From contig JAUCBJ010007360.1 in NCBI GenBank assembly GCA_032718475.1, positions 1 through 53,003 on the forward strand: a stretch of DNA of 53,003 nucleotides, given 5' to 3'. Shown here one piece after another: positions 43,781 through 53,003 of the stretch. Position 1 is the stretch's first letter, and each line of letters opens with the position of its first letter. The notes beneath the pieces were generated by a model. It searched no databases. It saw nothing but the letters and a program-made list of their open reading frames with translations, and was not told where the DNA came from. A program made the position numbers and the translations under genes. The DNA is from Nemertoderma westbladi. Lineage: Eukaryota > Animalia > Xenacoelomorpha.

Positions 43781-46700
43781 TGTACCGGTCAGTACCTTAT
43801 TTCATATAATTGACTGCGCAACATATTAATTTTACACATACAGAATATATTGCATTCCGTTCTGCAGTTGCTTATCATTGTTATACTTATCAGAATCAGA
43901 GGGAGAAATGTTTATTGGCCAGTTGATTCAAAACGCTAATAGGATATGAGGTTGTTATATTGATAGGCTGTAGGCTACAGTGAACATGTGTTTGCTTAGT
44001 TAAGAGTCGTAGCGTATTCTGATTGGTTAGTTACTTTATATTTCCCTATTGTGGGGCGAGCCACGAAGTGAGTGAGCCTTAGCGTAGTGGTACCATTAAT
44101 CAACCTGTCGTTCTGTCGTTCTGTCGTTCTGTCGTTCTGTCGTTCTGTCGTGTTCAATTTTAAACGTTAATAACTCGGCCAATCTTTGATGAAATCTATC
44201 CAAACTTGGTACACATGTTGTATGGCAAAAGTTTAGAAATTTTCCAAGTAGAATTTCCGTGTGGCCTTCGAGAAGCTAAGATAATAGCAGTTAATTAGTT
44301 AATTAAGTTGATTACGGTAAAAACACCATTTTCAACCTGCCTTTTAAAGGAAATTAATTGTTTTACAGTATAAGACTTCAATAATTATACTTAAAAAATA
44401 TACAGATGTAATCCGCATACTCCATTCTATTATAGTTTTTAATTAGTTCAAGTGATTTGCTTTAATAATCGTGTCTTTAATTGATCTAAAGTAATTAAAC
44501 CGGCATAAAAAATGTATTCTCATTAAATACTGCTCATTTATTGGTTAACATCCAAGTTGGCTTGATTCCCAGCAACACTTGAGGTATTCAGTCAGCCTTG
44601 CTTGTAAGAGGCAGACTGCTGCTGCTGCTAGTAGCCATCCATTCACTCACTCTCCATTGAACTGGCTGATTGGAGGTGTGTGTGTATCGGGTTCAATGAC
44701 ATTAATATTATTACTAAAGTAACGTCGGGATGTTAATATTCACTGGAGCTATGAGTCTCTCTGGTTAGTTGAATGAATGAAATAAATAATTGTTTTACTG
44801 TTCCGAATATCAATGTTTATTTCTGTAGGCCAACTTACTGTATTATTATTTAATCTAAATGTACATAATAGTTTAAATAAATTATTTCACAATTTCATTC
44901 CAATTCATACTGCTTACGCAACCATGCTAATTAGGTATATTAAATGGCAGGATTGTTTTTAATTAAAATTTTTACAGAGCAAACAAGTATATTGTATTTA
45001 ACTGAAAGTTAATTTATTTCGGTAAGTAGGCCTTGCGGTTTGTTAGTTTAGTTAGTATAATAAGTATCAAATATATTACGTGCTGCTGTACAGTAAACGC
45101 GGCTTTGCGTTATTGAATTACAGAATTGGCGGTACAAAGTACATTAATAGGGATCAGGCATATTGCATTTATATAATTGTTGTTGTAAATGTACAATAAT
45201 ATGCGCCACTTTTATTTTAGTAACTGCAATGTGTATTTCATTTGTACCTGCAACCCATTAAAAAGGGCAGCTGAACATATCGCGGACAGGCTGACTATTC
45301 ACCATAACAAAAAAACCCAAATCGCCGCAGTTCCACTTACAGTTCCATATTATTCTGTTTTGCAATTCAACCCAATTTATCTGCTCTCTGCTACACGCGG
45401 TTTTATCCACGAGTTTTGTAAAGTCCCGACTTATCGGGAATGACATGAACTTAGCGTCCGGAATATTCTGATCAGATTAAATCTACTTGGCGCTGTAATA
45501 CTGCATCCCGTTGTACCAGAAGTTATTAAAACATACCGGCCCCTCAAATGCGCTTGCAGTGGGTTAGAGAACAACATATACCGCCCCAGTACAACCGCTA
45601 TTTTGATAAGGTCCAATATATAATATATATATATGGTCTAACATATGATAGTTCACTAATCAGCTAATAGGCCTATTAATTCGTGAGATTTCAATTTATA
45701 AATAAAACTAATATACGAGCTCATATGAGCTCAATTGATTGATTGATTGAAGGTATGACCGTTGTTGTGGGGGACTAGGTCTACCTGTCTAGCAGCTAAT
45801 AACTCGTCCGTGGAGAGAATAATATAAGTCGAGGAACATAACGAAACGCGTTTAATTTATTTATTTATTCCAATTGGGGATGCTTTCTAACGCGGGAATG
45901 CGGTGCTATTAAACATCAACACATTCCTGCGCGTGCGTCGATATTGTGCACCCTAATACTAACAACCCACCCAGACACCCCCTACCCCTCACCCCCCCCC
46001 CCCCCCCCCCCCCCCATCACCCAACATTACTATGTATAGATCAATGCAGCTCAATATATTAGTAAAGGTATCGTCTGATTAGCTTTCCTACACATGACCT
46101 CTTATCCTTGTAGTTGTTTATTTATTTACACTATTTTTTGTTGAGTAAATCTTTCTGATAGGGGGGGGGGGGGGGGGGGGGGGGACTTACTCTGGACGAG
46201 CGCAACGATTGAACGACGCTTATAATAATTAAGACGAGTACGGCGTTGATTATATTCATATACACCACCTGGCTTTGCATATTTAACGTGCGATTGGAAA
46301 TAAGTTCGTTCTACCCTTCCGTGGGTGGTAGATGTCACGGTTATGTATTGGTGGTTGAGAAGGGTGGGGGGGGGGGGGGGGGATTAAAAGGGGTGAACAC
46401 GTACTGTCCCCCTTTCTTTGATTGATTGGTGGTGTGGGTAAATTTCTCAAAACCTGATTTTGTGATACAGTCGCTTAATTTTAATTTGTATCTCATAACT
46501 GGACCTCGTGCTGCGCGAAGGCCCCACGAACGTGTAATAATTGTAGATGCCATATAGTTGATTATACGCGGTATATAAACCCGAGAAATATTGCAATATG
46601 CAGTGTGTGTAGCATTCTTCTAATATTTTACAGTACCTGCAGTTTTGTCTGTGATGTGAGCAATATTTAGATTATATTTTACTCGGTGTGCCTGGACTAC

Positions 46701-47200
46701 TTATGTGATATAATGTGTTGTAGTGTACAAGTACTCGATATTTCGTGAATATTTTATTGTGCATTGCGTTCGATAACTGCAACTACAAACAGGATTAAAG
46801 CCGTTGGGACCAGTTTCAATAATCGTAGCGTTACCCTATTAGAGCTGTAAGTATATCCTTATATTAATTCTATATTAGACGTTATTCAATATATTACTAT
46901 TCATGTTATATTTATGTACATTCAACCACGTTTTCAGCCGCCATTAGTTATCCAGCCCGTGTCCCTAGTATCACTTTATCTAAATGTCCCCACATCAAAG
47001 ATAGACCGCTATATTTCCCTTTCTGATCCCGTTATTGTCTTAAGTCACTGCCACACTCAACCCGACTCAACTCTACCCTATACCCAAAACACATATTTAT
47101 TGCCAGACCAGTCCGAGTCTTTGTGCTTCACCCTAAGCTACCATTTTATATCTTACTTACTTACTGGTAGCTACAATAGTGGGTCGCCACTATTGGCTAC
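43781..47200 (+). repeat. Putative BEL/Pao LTR (right boundary uncertain), interrupted by the 44040-46570 insert
   Basis: ggaggcag-TGTAC start; gattgg boxes before the insert; tatataaa right after it; ATTAAA and an intron-like gtaagt...ttttcag at 46847-46937; no second copy in the window to confirm. Confidence 0.4.
44040..46570 (+). mobile_element. DINE-1/HINE-like (Helentron-associated) non-autonomous element
   Basis: 5' gtggggcgagccacgaagtg, (ctgtcgtt)n microsatellite at 44105-44151, aataactc...aaacttggtacaca core, 3' gccccac inverted match at 46521-46527 followed by an imperfect hairpin. Confidence 0.6.
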
Positions 47201-47788
47201 AGTAGTTTCCAGGCCGTAGTATAATTAAAGAAGCACATTGTAACATATTTATTTAAATCCTTCCCGTTTCGTTTTCGCGCGGCGAAGCTGGAATGACCTT
47301 ATAAATTTGTTACGGGTGGTCTGGCAACCGCTACTTATAATTAGGCCCTCGCTTTGGTTGCGCAGCCGAGCGAGGACCATTTCTCTTTGTATTTGTAGAC
47401 AACGTATCGCGATACAACCCTAGCAGCACACACCCACGCCATATTATATATATTTGTTTCTAGCCAATTTGGTTATGTAGGTATCGTAATTGTATATAGT
47501 TTGTATTGAAACACGACCATAATCATTTGTAACAATAAGTGTATATAATTTTAGAAATTACACAATATTTTAGAATTTTGATATCAAATAAGTAACTAAT
47601 AATTACTGTTATACTGTATATTCGGTCCTTTTCATTAATTTCATGTCATTATTAACCAACTAACAAGATTGAGTTAAATATCGTCATCATTGTCAACTGT
47701 ACTCTGCTTGTTAATTAAGTCACTACGACGTATACATAATAATAAATTTTGTTGCAGTAAAGGAAAAATAATATTTAATTAAAATAAA

Positions 47789-50137
47789 ATGTCAGATCAT
47801 TACGGTACTAGTGCTGCATTGAGTTCCTCATGCGATTCGCAATCAGAAGATTTGTGCTGGGACGATGCTGCAATGGAACTCACCCCAGCAGAAAGGTCCC
47901 ATTCAGATTCATTAGCAGCATCTCAAACAGAACGTCAAGCTAATGAAATAGAGCAGCAGTGCTCTACAGTGTCTGTATCAGACACACAAAATCAACACCA
48001 AGACGACCCTAGGAATTTATTCGAAACCAGACAGGCTCCCGACAATACCATGCTTCGAAGGTCTACCCGTCTACCAACCAGGAACTACAGCTCAGCTGTC
48101 AATCATGAGCAACAAGTTGCCATTCGAAGACGATTGGCAGCTTATAAAGGGAGCCTTACTCAACTTTATAAATCTGAACAGCGCCTGAGTCAGAGTGATT
48201 TATATTTAACCCCATTAGCTGTATTTAGAACGCATGTGCATAGCATGGAATTAAGCTGGAAAAATATAGAAAGAAGTTACAAAGCGTTGGTGACTCTATG
48301 TCTTGAAGATGGGGATGATCGATTAGCATTAGATTACGACCAAGATTTACAGATTGCTGAGAACAATTTTTTCCAACACATGCGAATCGCTGAGGAACTA
48401 AATGACCAGGCCCAAATTTCACAGCAATCAAAAATTTTAAATGCAACCGTTTCAGTAACCAACAGGCCTCATATTCCACATGTCACCGCTGTGGATACAA
48501 TAAATGCAGTCCTTCCTGTAACTGCTGATTTGGTCACAGCTGCCCTGGAACAATCTGGAATAAATTTACCCTACGATGGGTTATCCCCAGCCACAGCTCA
48601 ATCAGCTGGTACTGTAGTAATAGGAGACCGCCCCAAAGGCCAGAACACCCCCGCTAAAGACTTATCCTTTATTCATGCAGGTACAGGTGTGAACGCAAGT
48701 ACAGATCAACCCGAAACTCAGTTGAATAGAGATGTACATGGGTGGCTTAATTCGAATCACAATAACAGCCAGTCACAAATAGGTATACCCCTTGAGCCCA
48801 AATCTAAGGAATTCCAAAGGATACAAGGTGAGTTCGATACTGCAGTGGCACAAGGAACCATTGAAAATTATTCTTATCGAACTCTAAAGGGTTTAAGACG
48901 AGAAAATAAATTACAAAATGAAATTGTCCCTAATGATTCCGTCTCCAATGTAGGAAGTAGGTATCATAAACGAGCTACTTCAAAGGCATCATCCAAGGTG
49001 TCACGAGTCACCCAATCTGAAACTGGAAGGTCTAACATTATGGCTGCCCGCAGAGAAGCTGAGCTTCTATCTTTAAAAGCAGAGATGGGGAAGGAGGCAG
49101 AAGAGATGAAACTTATTGAGCAAAGCAGACTCGATGCTCACCGCGCTGAGCACGAGCATCAAGAGCGAGCATTAAAGGTGAAAGTAAAGTTACAGGAAGC
49201 TAATGACAATGCAAAATTAGCCAGGGCCAGATTAAAATTATTGGAACGGGATGCTGTATTAAGGGATTTCGCCCAAAATAAATCTGGGGAAAAAATTCAG
49301 GAAACAAAAAATTCGCGAATATCGATAGACCCTGATGTTCCATGTGCCAATGCAAGTATTTCTATTAGTGACAATATTAATGTGATACCTGTTAGTAGTG
49401 TTAGTGTTAGTAGAGTGCAAATGGAGCGGAGTGCTGAAGTACCAAATGGACGTACGGGTGGAAGTGGAGTTGGTACACCAGTTCGTGCGACTGTTGAAGT
49501 GTGTAATGCAGCCAGTGGAAAAAGTAATGTACCGAAATTTATCTTAGTAGATAATGATGCTTCGGTGTCTATCGATGTTCATAATTGCCAAAATAAAGCC
49601 ACTGCAGTAAACCGAACTGCACCTCACTCTGGGAATGTCAGTACATTTCCCGATACTGTAGGGAATTCCAAAGATCACTCTATAAAATTGACTGAGCATG
49701 AGCTTGAACAGCCCAACATGGAAAACTTAGACCCGAGATTACACATTCAAGCGAAAGGTGGGTCAGTGTCTTTGGGCCACACGCAGTCGACACCCGGCCT
49801 AAAAGTGAAATCTATGAGAGTGGCACGTTACCATACATCCTACTCAGATGCATCACAGCATAACTGTTTTGAATATGTTGATACTCCTGTAAAGCATTCA
49901 AACTTTATTGCATCTACAGCAAGGTCATTGAACCCAATTAAACGACCAGTAACTGGAAGGGCAGCCGAACTTGACACAATTATTGAAGAGAAACAAGATG
50001 GCAATGACCATGAATGTGCTGCATGCTTGCAAGGAAGGGCCTCTTGCAGCAGTACACTACAACCCACGTGGCACCCCATATCATTTGCAAGCTGGCCCAA
50101 ATCCAATAGCCATTCCACACCCTGTACCAGTGTTTAA
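47789..50137 (+). CDS. BEL/Pao Gag N-terminal ORF (helical/coiled-coil and low-complexity)
   Basis: 782 aa; RRRLAAYKGSLTQL and IVPNDSVSNVGSR...ARREAELL resemble BEL gag N-termini; overlaps the downstream capsid ORF. Confidence 0.75.
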   Translation: MSDHYGTSAALSSSCDSQSEDLCWDDAAMELTPAERSHSDSLAASQTERQANEIEQQCSTVSVSDTQNQHQDDPRNLFETRQAPDNTMLRRSTRLPTRNYSSAVNHEQQVAIRRRLAAYKGSLTQLYKSEQRLSQSDLYLTPLAVFRTHVHSMELSWKNIERSYKALVTLCLEDGDDRLALDYDQDLQIAENNFFQHMRIAEELNDQAQISQQSKILNATVSVTNRPHIPHVTAVDTINAVLPVTADLVTAALEQSGINLPYDGLSPATAQSAGTVVIGDRPKGQNTPAKDLSFIHAGTGVNASTDQPETQLNRDVHGWLNSNHNNSQSQIGIPLEPKSKEFQRIQGEFDTAVAQGTIENYSYRTLKGLRRENKLQNEIVPNDSVSNVGSRYHKRATSKASSKVSRVTQSETGRSNIMAARREAELLSLKAEMGKEAEEMKLIEQSRLDAHRAEHEHQERALKVKVKLQEANDNAKLARARLKLLERDAVLRDFAQNKSGEKIQETKNSRISIDPDVPCANASISISDNINVIPVSSVSVSRVQMERSAEVPNGRTGGSGVGTPVRATVEVCNAASGKSNVPKFILVDNDASVSIDVHNCQNKATAVNRTAPHSGNVSTFPDTVGNSKDHSIKLTEHELEQPNMENLDPRLHIQAKGGSVSLGHTQSTPGLKVKSMRVARYHTSYSDASQHNCFEYVDTPVKHSNFIASTARSLNPIKRPVTGRAAELDTIIEEKQDGNDHECAACLQGRASCSSTLQPTWHPISFASWPKSNSHSTPCTSV

Positions 50138-53003
50138 ATCTCGTATCCAACCACCATTCCTACCTCGACCATACGGGAGCAATGGCATAAGAGCAACTCA
50201 GGAGCATTCCTTGGTAAAACCCCCTTTAGTGCTTGCTCCAATTTATGTACCTACAAAGCAGACTACAGAATTATCAACTGTGCTTAATCCTGCAGCCATC
50301 GTCAGCCCAGTGCTGTCTGAGCCAGAACCTATATATATTAGTTGCAATTCACAAAGACAGGTCACAAACGTTTACTCTCCCGAACAACAACAACCACAGA
50401 ATATGTTCGAACCCGATGATCACAAGCAGTCAGTTACCATGGCAACACAAACAGAATCTCATGGTAGGAAAGCGATTGGAGAACAAGACAGAAATTACAA
50501 CAAAGTAATTATTTCCAGTCCCAGAAAAATAATCAAAGTAAGAGAACATGAGGTGGATACAGATATGCCTGATGAACCTGAACATTCAAGTTCCAGAAAC
50601 AATGAAATATGTGACAGTAGGGTAAGAGGTCGGCTAATTTCTAAGGCTGATACTATTCTAGCTCAGATTCTGGGTACACACAACGATTTAAACTCTAATT
50701 CAATCCTTGGCACTGGCGCAGTTACAAATAATATAGGACAGTCAACAACTACAGAATCAGTTTGGAAAAATGTTGTTATGCATTTAACATTGCCACCACA
50801 AATTCCAGAACCATTCACTGGTAATCCTATTGAGTTTGTCAGCTTCATTCAAACCTTTTATGACAGAGTTCATGTCCATGACATTACAGACTCTGAAAGA
50901 CTTAATTACCTGTTACAATATACCCGTGGAACACCACATACTGCTATACGGAAGGTGAAAGGGCTGCAGTCTGGATATGCTAAAGCCTTGGAAATACTAA
51001 ATGACCGTTATGGAAATTCATTACAAATAGTTGATAAGACAATCTCCCAACTCGTTGATATCTCTCGTCTGGGTGATAATGATATCATTGGATTGAGAGA
51101 ATTGGCTGATAACCTCACTCAAGCAACACAGTTATTGGAACAAATGGGATGGTCTAATGAAATGAATAGTGTAGAGCATATGAAAAGAATAATAAGTGTC
51201 TGCCCCACTCATGTGCAGTATAAATGGCAAAAACGTGTTCATGAATTAAAAATGATCCATAAGAGACAACCAACTTTCAATGATGTAGTACAGCATATTG
51301 AATGGTCAGCAGGAGTGTCCTGTAACTCAGTATTTAAAGTCAATAGAAAGGCTATTGGAGATTCCACATTATCATCTCAAGGATATGGCAAGGGCCAGAA
51401 CAAGGATCGGGGAGGCAATAATAAAACAACATTTCGTCCACCAAATGATGGATCACAACACAATTCCTTTGAGAATTTGCCAGGGAGGCTGGGATTTCCA
51501 CAACATCCCCGTGCAACCATGTTACTCACTGATACTCATTACGGAAATACCAATCAACAACCCTATGGAGTAAATCAAGGCTACACCCATATGTCAGAAA
51601 ATGGACCATATCCTTTGCATCATGTTGCACCACCACCTTTATCAAATCCAGACTATCGACATCAGCCACTGACGGCACGATTTCAATCTCCAATGCAACT
51701 ACAACAAACCTATCGTAAACCTGTATTAAACCCACATAAACAGCAACAACCCAATAAGAATCATACAAATCCAACAGGTCCATCTATAGTCAGACCTTTC
51801 AAGGAGGCAGCATACAAGTGCATTTACTGTGGTGGAATTGGTCACCAAATATATTCATGTGGATCCTTCATGAAACTGAACCCAGGGGAAAGGCAGAAAC
51901 ATGTTGAAAGCAACAATTGGTGCACTAATTGTCTAGGAATGCACCTCACAGAAAAATGTCAGTCGAAAGCAACATGCACAAAATGTGGTAGAAACCACCA
52001 TACTCTACTCCACCCACTGAGCAGTACACCAGCTCATCAATCAATGCATCCTAAGCCACGGGAAGGTGAAATTGGTCTTCTTGTAAATACAGAATATCTG
52101 GAGGGAGCTATGGTACCAGTTATTCCTGTACTGATTAAGTTTATGGATAGAATTCCTATCACTACCTTCGCCATATTGGATGGAGGATCTACCACCTGTT
52201 TCTTGGATAAAGGAGTAGTGGATATGATGAACCTTCCATCAGAAAAAAGGTTCATAAAAGTAAATACACTATTAGAAAATGGTGTTCTTGTCGAAATAGC
52301 TAGAACTCAGTGTACAATAAGCGCTATGCTACCGGGATATCATGGAGAACTAGTTATGAACAATATGAATGTTCACGAAAGCATGCACTTTGACACACAA
52401 TTACCTGACTCAAGGATGATTGATTGGCCCCATTTTTATAACATTAGAGATAAGTTAGACTACCCACCTGTCGATGTTCATAAGATTTCTGTGATTTTGG
52501 GAAGCAATGTACCAGCAGCACACCTACGGACTGCACAGTGCTGTTGGAGTGATGTGAATAAACAACCCTTTGCGATAGAAGGCATATTTGGATGGTGTGT
52601 GACTGGTCCTAGACTTTGCTATATAGAGGAGTCAATGCAAGCCTGTGTGGGGGAAGTGATGGACAACCCTTCACTAATAGAAACATTGAACAAACCAATA
52701 TACGATCCAATAAATTATCCAATAAGTACCGATCCTGATAATGATCTTTACACACAGTTGGCACACTTTTGGAGCCAAGAGGGACAAGGCTTTACAACAC
52801 CTGAAGGTAAGGTGTATAAAACTGAAAGTGATAAGAGAGCTATAAATCTCCTAGAGAAGGCCGTACTTTTGCCAACTGGGCATTACCAGGTACCATTGTT
52901 ATTCAAACATGAAGACCGACAGTTAATAAATAACAAACCACTCGCTATTGCAAGACTGAAAAGTCTGACAGAAAGATTTGCTACAAACCCAGGAAGAGAG
53001 AAT
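49953..53003 (+). CDS. BEL/Pao Gag capsid, triple zinc knuckle, protease and start of pol; runs off the window end
   Basis: Frame translated by hand (absent from the track, consistent with having no stop in the window): LPPQIPEPFTGNPIEFVSFIQTF, RLNYLLQYTRG, CIYCGGIGHQIYSC, CTNCLGMHLTEKC, CTKCGRNHHTLLH, ILDGGST, FGWCVTGP, GHYQVPLLFK. Confidence 0.9.
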   Translation, partial: MEGQPNLTQLLKRNKMAMTMNVLHACKEGPLAAVHYNPRGTPYHLQAGPNPIAIPHPVPVFKSRIQPPFLPRPYGSNGIRATQEHSLVKPPLVLAPIYVPTKQTTELSTVLNPAAIVSPVLSEPEPIYISCNSQRQVTNVYSPEQQQPQNMFEPDDHKQSVTMATQTESHGRKAIGEQDRNYNKVIISSPRKIIKVREHEVDTDMPDEPEHSSSRNNEICDSRVRGRLISKADTILAQILGTHNDLNSNSILGTGAVTNNIGQSTTTESVWKNVVMHLTLPPQIPEPFTGNPIEFVSFIQTFYDRVHVHDITDSERLNYLLQYTRGTPHTAIRKVKGLQSGYAKALEILNDRYGNSLQIVDKTISQLVDISRLGDNDIIGLRELADNLTQATQLLEQMGWSNEMNSVEHMKRIISVCPTHVQYKWQKRVHELKMIHKRQPTFNDVVQHIEWSAGVSCNSVFKVNRKAIGDSTLSSQGYGKGQNKDRGGNNKTTFRPPNDGSQHNSFENLPGRLGFPQHPRATMLLTDTHYGNTNQQPYGVNQGYTHMSENGPYPLHHVAPPPLSNPDYRHQPLTARFQSPMQLQQTYRKPVLNPHKQQQPNKNHTNPTGPSIVRPFKEAAYKCIYCGGIGHQIYSCGSFMKLNPGERQKHVESNNWCTNCLGMHLTEKCQSKATCTKCGRNHHTLLHPLSSTPAHQSMHPKPREGEIGLLVNTEYLEGAMVPVIPVLIKFMDRIPITTFAILDGGSTTCFLDKGVVDMMNLPSEKRFIKVNTLLENGVLVEIARTQCTISAMLPGYHGELVMNNMNVHESMHFDTQLPDSRMIDWPHFYNIRDKLDYPPVDVHKISVILGSNVPAAHLRTAQCCWSDVNKQPFAIEGIFGWCVTGPRLCYIEESMQACVGEVMDNPSLIETLNKPIYDPINYPISTDPDNDLYTQLAHFWSQEGQGFTTPEGKVYKTESDKRAINLLEKAVLLPTGHYQVPLLFKHEDRQLINNKPLAIARLKSLTERFATNPGREN

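Overview
Repeat-dense eukaryotic (probably invertebrate animal) genomic window with no recognisable host gene. The centrepiece is a complete, young BEL/Pao LTR retrotransposon on the minus strand (13754-28015; near-identical LTRs, GTTGT target-site duplication). Besides gag-pol it carries an array of small hairpin repeats and an extra 764-aa ORF that looks like a DEDDy (WRN/RNase D-like) 3'-5' exonuclease fused to three CCHC zinc knuckles. It also lacks a canonical tRNA primer-binding site. A second BEL/Pao system on the plus strand (40421-53003) reads integrase, repeat arrays, a probable LTR interrupted by a DINE-1/Helentron-like insert, then gag-protease. The rest is four large tandem-repeat families (23/31, 17, 80 and 67 bp units), nested TIR DNA transposons, and fragments of two non-LTR retrotransposons. 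Most short ORFs in the track are artefacts of the satellites or are antisense shadows. All family calls come from motif recognition by eye; no database search was run.
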